Positions 29,636-39,986 of a DNA stretch of 55,887 bases are shown in pieces. A model generated the notes under the pieces. It saw only the letters and a program-made list of their open reading frames with translations, searched no databases and had not been told where the DNA came from. Numbering within the stretch: position 1 is the stretch's first letter; each line of letters opens with the position of its first letter. The position numbers and the translations under genes are program-made. This DNA is from Kofleriaceae bacterium (GTDB taxonomy: Bacteria; Myxococcota_A; Polyangia; Haliangiales; Haliangiaceae), in NCBI GenBank assembly GCA_046597055.1, contig JBKJLC010000290.1, positions 1-55,887 on the forward strand, given 5' to 3'.

Positions 29636-30612
29636 GACGCCAGGTCAGGTGCCCGGGGCGCGGGCACCGGCGGTGGATCGACCGGCGGCGCGGCCTCGGG
29701 CTGCCCAGCCGGGGCCGGCACCATCACGGTCAGCCCGCCCGGGACCACCCGGTAGCGCAGCGGCGCCTGCGACGGCACCACCTCGCCGTCGGCGGCGACC
29801 AGCAGCCGCTTGCGCCAGGTCTCGACCAGCACCTCGCGCGGATACGTGATCGTGAAGTCGCGGGCCTGCTCGAGCCGGCCGAACAGGCCGCGGAACACCA
29901 GCCGCAGCAGCGCGAACCGGCTGCTGCAGCGCGCGACGTACAGGCACAGCTCGCCGCCGTCGAGCTGGGCCCGCTCGCCCAGCGAGAACATCGTCATCGC
30001 GTAGCGATTGCAGCCGACGAACACGATCGGGCTGGTCGTGACGATGCGCTCGCGATCGGCCGTGATGCGCACCCGGAACAGGGGGAACCGGCGCAGCGCC
30101 GCGAACCCGCTGCTGATCATGGCCAGCCACTTGGGGAAGCCGCGGTGGCGCTGGATCGCCTCGCGCCGCCGCACCATCCACGGGTAGATCCCGAGCGACG
30201 AGTTGTTGATGAAGGTCCGGCCGTTGAGCTCGGCGACGTCGACCCGGCGCTCGTGGCCGTGCGCGATGGTCTGCACCGCCCCGGCCACGTCGAGCGGGAT
30301 CCCAGCGTCCTTGGCGAAGTGGTTCAGCGTGCCGAGCGGCAGCACGCCCAGCCGCACGTCGGTCCCGGCCAGCGCCCCGGCCACCGCGCTCACCGAGCCA
30401 TCGCCACCGCCGACCACCAGCAGGGTCGCGATCCCGACCAGCGATCTCGCGGTCGCGACCAGGTCCTTGCCCGGGACGCTCCGGACGTCGGCGGGCAGGC
30501 CCTGATCGGCGAACGCCTTCACCACCTGATCGTGGAGGTCGGGATGCTTCGCCAGCGTGCCGGCGGTGCCGTTGAGCAGGACCACGGCGCGCCGGGTCGC
30601 AGGTGCTTCCAT
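29632..30612 (-). CDS. Diacylglycerol/sphingosine kinase family lipid kinase
   Basis: GGGDGSV, LPLGTLNHFAKD, ADGE; ATGA overlap with the phosphoesterase gene. Confidence 0.92.
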   Translation of the reverse strand: MEAPATRRAVVLLNGTAGTLAKHPDLHDQVVKAFADQGLPADVRSVPGKDLVATARSLVGIATLLVVGGGDGSVSAVAGALAGTDVRLGVLPLGTLNHFAKDAGIPLDVAGAVQTIAHGHERRVDVAELNGRTFINNSSLGIYPWMVRRREAIQRHRGFPKWLAMISSGFAALRRFPLFRVRITADRERIVTTSPIVFVGCNRYAMTMFSLGERAQLDGGELCLYVARCSSRFALLRLVFRGLFGRLEQARDFTITYPREVLVETWRKRLLVAADGEVVPSQAPLRYRVVPGGLTVMVPAPAGQPEAAPPVDPPPVPAPRAPDLAS

Positions 30613-30650
30613 CTACCGGTGTAGCAGTGGATCGCCGGCCCGGCCGCCGG

Positions 30651-33600
30651 TCACGGTCCGAATGGCACCAGCAGCGCGGTCATGCGCCCGGGCGCGCGGA
30701 TCCCCAGGGCATCCATGTCGACGGTCGCCGCGGCCTCGAGCTCGGGCAGGTCGCGTAGCTCGGCGAGGCGGCGCCGCACCGCGGCGGTGGTCAGCAACAT
30801 CTCGGCGGCGACCGCGCCGGCCTCGGCCTCGTCGAGGATCTCGGCGGCCAGCGCCCGATCGCCGCCCGCGACCGCCACCCCGGCGCGGACCAGGAGCGCC
30901 CACACCTGGGCGACCGGGTTGTCGACCTTGGCCAGCTCGCGGGCATGGCGCTCGGCCTGACGCAGGTCATCGGCGACGATCGCGAGCCGGCCGCGCAGGT
31001 ACGCATGCTGGGTGCGGATGCTGGCGATCCGCAGCAGCATCGAGCCGCCGAGCCGGGCGAAGCCGTCGGCGAGCCGGGCGCGATCGGCCGGCTCACCGGT
31101 GTAGAGCGCGATCTCGCCGCGGGCGATCAGCTCGTGGAAATGCTGCACGTGGTAGCTGGCGGTATCGGGGACCCAGGTCGCCCGCTCGAGCTCGCGCGCG
31201 GCCTCGGCCGGAGCATCGTCGGCCAGCCACATCGGGACGCACACCCGTCGCATCGACGAGTCGAGGTAGAGGTCGCCCTTCTCGACCGCCTCGGCGTGAT
31301 ACTGGTGGTAGCGACGCCGCATCTCGTTGTAATCGCCGATGAAGCGCAGCGCGTACATCGTGAACAGCTTGCACGTCGAGACCTGCCAGTTCTGGCCCAG
31401 CACCTGCCGGGCCGAGGCCTCGGCCAGCGCCATGTGCTCGATGCAGCCGCGGGCATCGCCGCTGAAATAGGCGATCGTCGCGCGCGCACCGTGGGCCATC
31501 GTCTGCGCCGCGAGGTCCAGGTGCTCGCCTCCGATCGCGAGCCCGCGCTCGCGCAGCTTCTGCGCCCAAACAATGTTGCCGTGGGTCGACTGGTAGATGG
31601 CCTCGGTCAGCACCGCCTGGGCGATGTCGGTCCGATGGCCGATCTTGAGGGCCAGCAGGAGATGGCGGGTCTGGAAGTCGGCGCCGCGGATCGAGTCGAC
31701 CAGCGCCAGGCCATGGGCCGCTCCCCGCAGCAACTCGAGCTTGAGGAGCTCCGCGTCGGCGATCTCGCGGCGATGCCGCTCCGTGAAGCGAAAGCCACGG
31801 AGCCGCAGCTGGAGCCGATGCCGCAGCAGCGACGCCAGCGCGCGGCGCGGGGTCGCGGGCACGCCCTCACCGACCTCGCCGAGCACCTCCTCGAGCGCCG
31901 CGACCCCGCGCGTGATCCGGCCGCTGATCAGCAGCTGCTCGGCCGCGTGGCGCTGGCAATCGAGCCGGGTCGCCCGGTCAGCCCCGACCGCGGCCTCGAG
32001 GTGGACCTCGGCGGCCTCGGCGCCCCGGCCGGCGGCGATCAACGCCTCGCCGAGCCGGATCAGGAGCCGACGTCGATCGTCGACCGAGCGCGGCACCAGC
32101 TCGAGCGCGTTGCGCCACAGCTCGGCGGCCTGGTCGAAGGCATGGGCGTCGAGGCTCCGCAGCGCAGCCTCCTCGGCGTAGCGGGCGGCGCGGTCGGGCA
32201 GCTCGGCGAGGCGGAAGTGGCGCAGCAGCAACTGCGGGTCACGGGCCTCGCCGCTTCCCTCGAGCGCCGCCGCCAACCGGGCGTGGAGATCGCGGCGTGC
32301 CGGCGTGCTCAGCCGGCCCTGCACCGCCTCGCGGACCCGGTCGTGATACGGCTCGAGCGCCAGCCCGCGACCGCGGTGGAGCTCGCGGACCAGGCCGGCG
32401 ACCCGCAGCGACGCCGCGGCCCGACCCAGCGCGGTCGGATCGAGCCGGGACGCCGCGGCCGCGACCTCGGCGCCGATCGGCGCGCCGGCGACACACACCA
32501 CCTCGAGCAGCGTGTGCGCGTCGGGGCGCAGTCGCGCGGCCCGGGCCAGCAGGGCGTCGTCGAGAGTCGAGGTCGGCGCCCCGCTGACGTCGAGGTGGCG
32601 CAGGATCTCCTGCAGGAACATCGGGTGACCACCGACCTCACGGCTGACCCTCGCGATGTCGATCGCGCCCAGGCCGGTCGGCGCCAGCTGCTCGGCCAGC
32701 ACCCGGCACTCGTCCTCGCTGAGCGGCCCGAGGTCGGTGCGAGCCACGACCAGACCGTCGAGGCGCGCCTCGATCGGCTCGGCGTGCGGCCCGCTGGGAC
32801 GGGCGGTGGCCAGCACCAGCACCGGCACCGAGTTGGGCCCGCGCAGGAGCTCGCGCAGCAGCAGGAAGCTGTCGGCGTCGGCCCACTGCAGATCGTCGAT
32901 GGTGATGACGACCCGGCGCCGCTCGGTCACCCGCGACAGCAGGCCGCGCAGGGCGCGGAACATGCGACGCCGCTGTTCCTGCGGGTCACCGCCCTCGTCC
33001 ACGAACGGCGCCGACGCGATCGAATCGTTGCGCAGGAACACCGGAAACAGCCGGACCAGGAGCGCGGCGCGCGGCGGCAGCAGCCCCGCGACCTCGGCCG
33101 GCGTGAGCCCACTCAGGTGCTGGGCGAGGCCATCGGCGACGCCGTCGAGGGCCTTGTACGGCACCGACTCGCGCTCGTAGCAACGCCCGTGCAGCACCAG
33201 CGCGTCGGGGTCGGCGTCGGCGATCGACCGCACGAAGTGGCTCATCAGCTCCGACTTGCCGATGCCAGATTCGCCGACCACCAGGTGCACCACCGCCCGG
33301 TCGGTGGCCCGCTCGCGCGAGGCCGCCAGCTCGCCCTGTTCGCGCTCGCGTCCGACGAAGACGCCGCTGGCCGAGCGGAACGAGCGGGTCGAATCACGCA
33401 CCGGCTCGCCATCGACCACGCCGAGCCGGCTGACGATCTCGCGGCCGGTGGGCCGGGTCGCCGGCTCGATACGGAGCAGGTCGTCGCACAGCGCGGCGAG
33501 GTCGGGCGGCGCATCGGGCGCCCGCTGCTGCACCGGCGCCGGCACCACCTGCTGCTTGTCGATCAGGATCTGCAAAGCATGCCCGGCGTGGGGCATCTGC

Positions 33601-34199
33601 CCGGTCAGCGCCTCGTAGAGCATGACCCCGATCGAGTACCAGTCGGCCGACTCGCCGATGGTCCGACCGACCGCCTGCTCGGGCGCCATGTACTCGACGG
33701 TCCCGACCGCGTGGCCCTGCCTCGATTGCCCGGCCGGGTCGAGCGGGGTGACCAGGCCGAAATCGAGGAGTACGACCCGGCCCTCGTCGGTCACCATCAC
33801 GTTCGACGGCTTGATGTCGCGATGGATCAGTCCGGCCTGGTGCAGGGCCCGCAACCCGACCACCAGCTGGCCGAGCCCGTCGCGCAGCCGGCCGTGGTCA
33901 CCACGGGTGTACTCGAGGAAGTGGGAGCCCTTCACCAGCTCCATGGTGAAGAACCACTGCTCCCCATCACGGACCAGCTCGCGCAGCGAGACCAGGTTCG
34001 GGTGCGCGGTCGACTGCAGGGCGCGGAACTCGCGCTTGAAGCGGAACAACGTGTCGGCATCGGCGCGGACCAGCGTCTTCAGCGCCACCACCTCACCGGT
34101 GTCGCGGTCAAGCGCCTCGTAGACATCGCCCATCCCACCGGAGCCGATGCGGCGCCTCAACTCGTAGCGCTCGGCAAGTTGGGGGTCGGCGATCTTCAT
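30651..34199 (-). CDS. Ser/Thr kinase fused to STAND/AAA ATPase and helical repeats
   Basis: IGSGGMGDVY, HRDIKPSN, DFG, YMAPE; FVGRERE, Walker A GESGIGKS, Walker B IDDLQWAD, GGHPMFL. Confidence 0.92.
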   Translation of the reverse strand: MKIADPQLAERYELRRRIGSGGMGDVYEALDRDTGEVVALKTLVRADADTLFRFKREFRALQSTAHPNLVSLRELVRDGEQWFFTMELVKGSHFLEYTRGDHGRLRDGLGQLVVGLRALHQAGLIHRDIKPSNVMVTDEGRVVLLDFGLVTPLDPAGQSRQGHAVGTVEYMAPEQAVGRTIGESADWYSIGVMLYEALTGQMPHAGHALQILIDKQQVVPAPVQQRAPDAPPDLAALCDDLLRIEPATRPTGREIVSRLGVVDGEPVRDSTRSFRSASGVFVGREREQGELAASRERATDRAVVHLVVGESGIGKSELMSHFVRSIADADPDALVLHGRCYERESVPYKALDGVADGLAQHLSGLTPAEVAGLLPPRAALLVRLFPVFLRNDSIASAPFVDEGGDPQEQRRRMFRALRGLLSRVTERRRVVITIDDLQWADADSFLLLRELLRGPNSVPVLVLATARPSGPHAEPIEARLDGLVVARTDLGPLSEDECRVLAEQLAPTGLGAIDIARVSREVGGHPMFLQEILRHLDVSGAPTSTLDDALLARAARLRPDAHTLLEVVCVAGAPIGAEVAAAASRLDPTALGRAAASLRVAGLVRELHRGRGLALEPYHDRVREAVQGRLSTPARRDLHARLAAALEGSGEARDPQLLLRHFRLAELPDRAARYAEEAALRSLDAHAFDQAAELWRNALELVPRSVDDRRRLLIRLGEALIAAGRGAEAAEVHLEAAVGADRATRLDCQRHAAEQLLISGRITRGVAALEEVLGEVGEGVPATPRRALASLLRHRLQLRLRGFRFTERHRREIADAELLKLELLRGAAHGLALVDSIRGADFQTRHLLLALKIGHRTDIAQAVLTEAIYQSTHGNIVWAQKLRERGLAIGGEHLDLAAQTMAHGARATIAYFSGDARGCIEHMALAEASARQVLGQNWQVSTCKLFTMYALRFIGDYNEMRRRYHQYHAEAVEKGDLYLDSSMRRVCVPMWLADDAPAEAARELERATWVPDTASYHVQHFHELIARGEIALYTGEPADRARLADGFARLGGSMLLRIASIRTQHAYLRGRLAIVADDLRQAERHARELAKVDNPVAQVWALLVRAGVAVAGGDRALAAEILDEAEAGAVAAEMLLTTAAVRRRLAELRDLPELEAAATVDMDALGIRAPGRMTALLVPFGP

Positions 34200-34272
34200 G
34201 GAGGTAGGCCTGCGAGCGCTCCCGAGACCCCGTTCATGATACCGGACCTGGCCGCGGGGTGTGCCCGCCGGG

Positions 34273-34938
34273 TCAGGCCCGTCGTCCGAGATAGATGACG
34301 TGGGTGCGGCCGCCCTTGCCCGCGCGGTGCATCGAGACCTCGAACCGTGCGGCCGCGAACCGCCGGGCGAACCCGGCGTCGGGATCTTCGGACCACACCG
34401 CCAGCGCCCCACCGGGCGCGAGCGCGTTGTGACTGCGCGCCAGCGCGCCCGATCCGTAGAACGGATCGTCGCGCTGCTGGGTCGCGGCGTTCGGGCCCTC
34501 GTACAGGTCGAGCAGGATCGCGTCGTAGCTACCGGCCGGCGCGCGGGTGATGATCGCCGCGACGTCGCCGAGCTCGACCCGGACCCGCGGATCGAGCACG
34601 GCACCGGCGGTGAGCCCGGCCAGCGGCCCGCGACACCAGGCCTCGACCTCGGCGTGCAACTCGGCGACCACGACGCTGGCCGTGGCGGGCACCACGTCGA
34701 GCGCGGCGCGCAGCGTGTATGCCATGCCGAGGCCCCCGATCAGCACCCGCGGCCTGGGCCGGCCCTTGACGTGCGCCAGCCCCAGGGTCGCCAGCGACTC
34801 CTCGGAGCGACGGGCAGCGCTGGTCATCAGCACCCGACCCCCGACGACGATCAGGAACTCCTCATCGCCGCGCTGGCGCAGCTCGAGCGCGCCCTCGTCG
34901 GTGGGTACGGTCGCGAGCGTTCGCCAGGGTCGAGCCAT
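34273..34938 (-). CDS. Spermidine-synthase-like SAM-binding protein
   Basis: RVLIGGLGMAYTL, YDAILLDLYEGP, LAPGGALAVWS. Confidence 0.85.
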   Translation of the reverse strand: MARPWRTLATVPTDEGALELRQRGDEEFLIVVGGRVLMTSAARRSEESLATLGLAHVKGRPRPRVLIGGLGMAYTLRAALDVVPATASVVVAELHAEVEAWCRGPLAGLTAGAVLDPRVRVELGDVAAIITRAPAGSYDAILLDLYEGPNAATQQRDDPFYGSGALARSHNALAPGGALAVWSEDPDAGFARRFAAARFEVSMHRAGKGGRTHVIYLGRRA

Positions 34939-35192
34939 CGCCTGTGCGCGTACCGCGGGCCCGGCACCCAGCGCAAGCCCTCTCCGCGCGCTACCCCGCT
35001 GGCCCGATCAACGCTCCGAACGTGGGCACGCTGCGCTTCGTGCCGGCCCCGCCACGGCCCGCCGGCCGCCTGATCCAGGTGCGCGTTGACGCCGGCATCA
35101 TGGCCAACCGTCGTTTCCCGGGCATCGAGTCCACGTTCGAGACGCGCTCGATCTAGCTCGACCGCAGCCGCCCGGCGGCGGTCCGCTGCAGC

Positions 35193-37139
35193 TCAGCTCG
35201 TTGCGCTCACTGACATGGCCTCCTCGGCCTGGAGCGCCGCCTGCTCGGCCGCACCGAGTCGAAAGCACACGACCGGAAAGCTGGCGGCGAGCTGCTTGGC
35301 CCCATCGGCGGTGGTGGCGGCGGCGAGCGGCGCGGGCACGACCTGCGGCGCCAGCTTCCCGGCGTGCGCGACGAACCAGTCCCACGTGACGTGATCGTAC
35401 TTGTACTGGGGATCGAACGGCAGCGCCGTATGTTCGCGCCACGCCTCCCAGTAGCTGCTGAGCCGGACGCGGGTCGTGAAGCTCTCGATGTTGCGATAGA
35501 CGCCGTCGCGACTGCACCGCTCGCTGTGGAGGCGCTCGGCGCACGTCAGCGCGAGCAGTTGGGTCGCGTCGCGCGCGGCCAGCGCCTCCTCGTGCCACAG
35601 CTCGATCGCGTCGCGGCGGACGTCGGGATTGGCGTCGAGCACGCGCGCGAGGCGATCGCACGGGACGCCGGGATCCGGGATGTCGAGGCCCTGGGCCGCC
35701 AGTTCCGCCGGCCAGGCCGCCAGATCGTCGCCGAGTGCCCGCTCGAGCAGGCCGTGGGTGCGGCGCTGCATGCGCGCGACGACGTTATGGGCGCCGCCGA
35801 CCTGATCGCTGCCCCACGAGCCGATGCTGCGGCGCCAGCTCCAGACGCCGTGGCGGCGGGCGTACTCGACGGCGGCGATCAGGCGCGGCACCGCGGCCCG
35901 GCCGCGGTGCTCGACCAGCCCGTACGTCGCGGCGAGGCGAGCGCCCGGATCGCGGTGCACGGTCAACGCGTCGAGCAGCGCCGCGACCTCGGGCGCCTTG
36001 ACCTCCCCGAGCGCGGTGGCGATCGGCCGGGTGTACTGATCGCTGGCGAGCAGGCGACGGACGTAGTCGAAGCGGCGGGGATCGTCGACGCGGACCGCGG
36101 CGCGCACGACATCGTCGGTGCAGCGGCGCGCCTCGAGGTGCAGGAACACGGTCGCGGCGACCTCGGCCGCTCCGGGCTGGGTCAGCCGATCGATCAGGAA
36201 GTTGGTGACGAGGTTGGGTGCGGTGCCGCGGCTGCGGCGCAGCGCGGCGATCACGTGCGGGCGCGCGACCGCGTGATGCGCGATCATCCGCGCCGCGCTC
36301 CACTGCCGCTCGGTCAGGCTGCCCGCCTTCCACGCGGCGAGCTCGGCCGCCAGCGCCGACGCGACGCCGGCGTCGACGCGCGCGAGGTGCTCGAGCGCCC
36401 GCTCGAGCTTGCGTGGATCCCGGGCCTCGCGCCACGCCGCGAGGCCGCTGGTGCGCGCGTCGTCGGATACGTTGATCGCGCGTGCCATCAACTCGCCGCA
36501 GGCATCGAGCACACGGCTGGTGAGGGTGTGGGCATTGATCAGCGCGGCGCGCGTGGCCAGATCGGGATCGACCTGGGCGAGCCGTGCCAGGTCGGCGGCG
36601 GTCGCCGACTTGCGGTCGACCTTCTTCAGCAGCGCGAGCATCGCCGCGTCGGTCGACGGGATCGCGACCGCCCGCGGGACGGCGACGGTCTCACCGCCGG
36701 GGGCAGGCTCCGCCGGCTTCGCCCGCGGCTTGCGCGGCGGCGTCAGCGGCACCCACGCCGGCGCCTCGGTGCGCGGCCACGTCACCTCGTCCTGCACGAC
36801 GCCGACGCCGAGCTGGTACGCGCCGGCGGTCGCGACCCACCCGACGGTGTGCAGGTCGTCGGAGACGCCGACGGTGGTTCCGGCGACGACCGAGCGTAGC
36901 GCGGTGAACGCCGCCATCAGCGCAGCGACGTCGCGGGTCTGCCACGGATCGGACGGCGCGATCTTGGTGGCGCCGAACGCGACCTGCGCGCCGGGGTTGG
37001 CCTCGCCGGCGACCCAGAAGTCGTAGCCCTCCGACTGGCTCGACAGCTTGACCGTCTTGACGTGGGCCCGCAGGGCCTTGCGTTCACCGGCGTCGAGCCG
37101 GCGGTCGCGGGTCAGCTGATAGTAAAAGGTCCAACCCAT
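35193..37139 (-). CDS. Hypothetical protein with HEAT-like helical repeats
   Basis: ATG MGWTFYY at 37139; HEAT-like IATALGEVKAPEVAALLDALTVHRDPGARLAATYGL. Confidence 0.65.
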   Translation of the reverse strand: MGWTFYYQLTRDRRLDAGERKALRAHVKTVKLSSQSEGYDFWVAGEANPGAQVAFGATKIAPSDPWQTRDVAALMAAFTALRSVVAGTTVGVSDDLHTVGWVATAGAYQLGVGVVQDEVTWPRTEAPAWVPLTPPRKPRAKPAEPAPGGETVAVPRAVAIPSTDAAMLALLKKVDRKSATAADLARLAQVDPDLATRAALINAHTLTSRVLDACGELMARAINVSDDARTSGLAAWREARDPRKLERALEHLARVDAGVASALAAELAAWKAGSLTERQWSAARMIAHHAVARPHVIAALRRSRGTAPNLVTNFLIDRLTQPGAAEVAATVFLHLEARRCTDDVVRAAVRVDDPRRFDYVRRLLASDQYTRPIATALGEVKAPEVAALLDALTVHRDPGARLAATYGLVEHRGRAAVPRLIAAVEYARRHGVWSWRRSIGSWGSDQVGGAHNVVARMQRRTHGLLERALGDDLAAWPAELAAQGLDIPDPGVPCDRLARVLDANPDVRRDAIELWHEEALAARDATQLLALTCAERLHSERCSRDGVYRNIESFTTRVRLSSYWEAWREHTALPFDPQYKYDHVTWDWFVAHAGKLAPQVVPAPLAAATTADGAKQLAASFPVVCFRLGAAEQAALQAEEAMSVSATS

Positions 37140-37374
37140 GGTGGCAGCTTGAGTACAGCCTCGCAGCGCGCGCGTCAGGCCGCTGTTCCTCGAAGATCGG
37201 CGACGAGCCTGCGAAAGGTATCGCTGACCGCAGAAGAGGCGAAGCTGGCGCCCGGTCCGGGTCGGGTCCCCTCGCTGCTCGGAGCGGCCCACCGCAACAG
37301 CGGCAATGCGGCGCTCGCCGAGCCGAGCTTCGAGAAGGCGCTGCAGCTCGACGCCGGGTGCCGCGGTGGCGCCG

Positions 37375-38790
37375 TCACCGGTCGCCGGTTCCGGCGTCGT
37401 GGCTGGGTACCCGCGAGATCCGCATGAGGATCGCGTCGCGCGGGCCGACCGCGAACAGCGGGTTCGGGACCACCGGTCGACCCGGCATCAGCTCGAACCG
37501 GAACCGCCGGACCAGCGTGGCCACGATGAGCTGGATCTCCGTCAGCGCGAAGTTGCTGCCAATGCACAGGCGCGGTCCGTCGCCGAACGGGAGATAACCC
37601 GGTGTGGCGTGGCCAACCGCCTTGAACGTCGAGAAGCGCGTCGGATCGAACCCCTCGGGATCCTTCCACAGCCTGGGATTCCGGTGCGTGACCCACGGGC
37701 TGATGAAGATGCCCGAATCCTTCGGGATGACGTAGCCGCCGATCTCATCCTGCTCCACCGCGCGGCGCTTCATCAGCCACACCGCCGGATAGAGCCGCAT
37801 GGTCTCCTGGATGATCGAGCGCGTGTACTCGAGCTTCGCCAGGTGGTCGTGGGTTACCGTGCGATCGCCCACCGCGGTCGCCAGCTCGGTCCGGACCTGG
37901 CGCTGCGCCTCGGGATGTCGAGACAGCAAGTAGAAGGTCCAGCTCAGCGTCGCGGCAGTCGTATCGTAGCCGGCGAGGAGCAGGTTCACGACCTGGTCGC
38001 GCAGCTCGCGATCGCTGAACGGCCGGCCGGCTTCGTCGTCACGTGCCGCGATCAGCATCGAGAGCAGATCCGTGCCGGGGTTGCGGCGCTTCGCGGCGAT
38101 GTGCCGGTACAAGATCTCGTCGAGCACGCGCAAGCGCGCGCGAAAACGCAGGTTGCGCGGGGTTGGCCAGCTCAGCGGCGGGTCGAGGCGCGAGACGAAC
38201 CGGGCGAAGGTGTCCTTCTCGAGGTACTTCACCGCGCTCGAGACGGTCTCGACGGTTTCATCATCCGGGGTCGAGCCGAACAGCGTCTCCTGCAGGACGC
38301 GCATGGTGACGCCGATCATCTGGCCGTACACGTCCACCGGTGCGCCGCCCTCGGCGAACCGGTCCCATTGCGCCGCCAGCTCCTCGGCCAGGCGCGTCAT
38401 GGCCGGCGAGAACTGCTGGATCCTTTCCCGGCTAAACGAGAGCTGGGTAAGCCGCCGTTGTCGGCGCCATTCGTCACCGCTGCTCGTCACCAGGCCGCTG
38501 CCCATGCCCAGGCTCATCTTCGCGGTCGACCGGGTCTGCTTGTCGTACGACCGCCAGTTCTTCTGCAGCACGTGCCGGATGTAGTCGGGATGCGAGACCA
38601 GGTGGACCGTCTCGCCGAGCAGGTTGAGGCGGACGATATCGCCGTGCTCGACCATGCACCCGATGAGAAACCCGAATGGATCGGCCCGCATCATGCGCAG
38701 GTGGCCGAGGACCGGATCGCCGGGCGGCGAGGGGGCGAGCTTGCCGGATCCCGTGGATGACGAAACCTGACCGGAGGCCGACGCGAGCAT
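37375..38790 (-). CDS. Cytochrome P450
   Basis: AGYDTT (I-helix), ETMR (ExxR), FDPTRF, heme motif FGDGPRLCIG. Confidence 0.95.
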   Translation of the reverse strand: MLASASGQVSSSTGSGKLAPSPPGDPVLGHLRMMRADPFGFLIGCMVEHGDIVRLNLLGETVHLVSHPDYIRHVLQKNWRSYDKQTRSTAKMSLGMGSGLVTSSGDEWRRQRRLTQLSFSRERIQQFSPAMTRLAEELAAQWDRFAEGGAPVDVYGQMIGVTMRVLQETLFGSTPDDETVETVSSAVKYLEKDTFARFVSRLDPPLSWPTPRNLRFRARLRVLDEILYRHIAAKRRNPGTDLLSMLIAARDDEAGRPFSDRELRDQVVNLLLAGYDTTAATLSWTFYLLSRHPEAQRQVRTELATAVGDRTVTHDHLAKLEYTRSIIQETMRLYPAVWLMKRRAVEQDEIGGYVIPKDSGIFISPWVTHRNPRLWKDPEGFDPTRFSTFKAVGHATPGYLPFGDGPRLCIGSNFALTEIQLIVATLVRRFRFELMPGRPVVPNPLFAVGPRDAILMRISRVPSHDAGTGDR

Positions 38791-38870
38791 GTCCGACACG
38801 CTACGTCGACGCCCCGCAGCGCAGCCATCAGTACGACAGTAAGATTGGTGGGCTTCAGCGCATAGGATGC

Positions 38871-38926
38871 ATGAACGGGCTTTTGCGGTCGGCTCATAAG
38901 CACGTATGAACGGGCTTTTGCGGTCG
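38871..38926. repeat. Perfect 21-bp direct repeat with 14-bp spacer upstream of the P450
   Basis: ATGAACGGGCTTTTGCGGTCG at 38871-38891 and 38906-38926. Confidence 0.95.
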
Positions 38927-39080
38927 CGGCGGGAGCGGACGGCCATGCGCCAGCGGTGCGGAGGAGATCGTGTACAGCGATTCGAGTCAGGCGACGTACG
39001 GCGACCACACCTGCCAGCGCCGCGCGCGGCCTGGGCCCAGGTTGGCGATCGCGCCGCGAAAATGCGGCTACCATCGGGGG

Positions 39081-39395
39081 ATGAAGATCGACACGTTGCT
39101 CCTGCTTCCCGCTGCGGCGCTGGTCTCGTCGGTGCTGCTGCTCCTGGCCGGGAGGAAGCGGATCTTCGAGGTGATCGCGGTGGTCGCCAGCGGGGCGTGG
39201 CTGGTCCTCCACCTCGGCCTGATCAAGTGGCCGTTCAAGGAGGTGGCGCACGCGCTCGTGATCGGCGGGACGCTGCTGGTGACCGGCGTGATCGTGTACC
39301 TGAAGGTCACGAACAAGCGCGAGGTTACCGCTGCCACCGTCGTGGCAATCCTCGGCGGAATTCTGCTGGCCGGCTCGATTGGCAGCCTCAAGTAG
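39081..39395 (+). CDS. Small integral membrane protein (~4 TM)
   Basis: 104 aa, four hydrophobic segments, GGGGG before the ATG. Confidence 0.75.
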   Translation: MKIDTLLLLPAAALVSSVLLLLAGRKRIFEVIAVVASGAWLVLHLGLIKWPFKEVAHALVIGGTLLVTGVIVYLKVTNKREVTAATVVAILGGILLAGSIGSLK

Positions 39396-39986
39396 CTGCC
39401 GCGCGCCTCGACATGGCAGCGGCGGCGCCGGCCGCCGCGCTGGCGGACTCCGGATCATGAACCTCGCGTTGCAGCCCCAGATCGGCGCGGTGGCTCGGCG
39501 GGGACACTCTGGGCATGGCGGTGGCCTCGCGCTGGTGGCCGGCCCGGCCGGCGGCTTTGCCGAGCAGGCGGAGCGACGCCTCGCCCCGCGGCGTTGCGGC
39601 GGGGCTGATGCCGCACCCACGCAACCGGGCGCCGCCGTGGCCCGTCGGCTGGAGGCCGTCGGCGCAAAGGTCAGGTGACCGGCCCGGCGTGTCAGTCGTC
39701 CGCCGACCGGAGCCAGGCGCGCTACGCTTGGCCGAGGCACCCGGCTCGGTTGCCACGTTGAGTATCGTGGGCTCGAGCGTTACGGCTGTCGGCGCGCCGC
39801 GTACAGGATGCGACCCCGACCCGAGCTGCGCCCCGATCGTCCTCGATCGCGCGGCCCGCGCGCCACGGGGGGTGTCGCCAACCAGTGCGCTCCGCACGAA
39901 GGATCAACCATGTCCCCGCTCTTCGACGCCTGCGCGGTATCACGCTTCAGAGCCGTCGCTCGTCCGGCGGCAGGTGGACGTCGCGC

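Noticed and set aside
28811..30612. Lipid kinase and metallophosphoesterase coupled pair as a novel system
   Set aside because: A familiar, widespread gene pair with canonical motifs.
38871..38926. Mini-CRISPR array
   Set aside because: Only two 21-bp repeats with a 14-bp spacer, and no cas genes.
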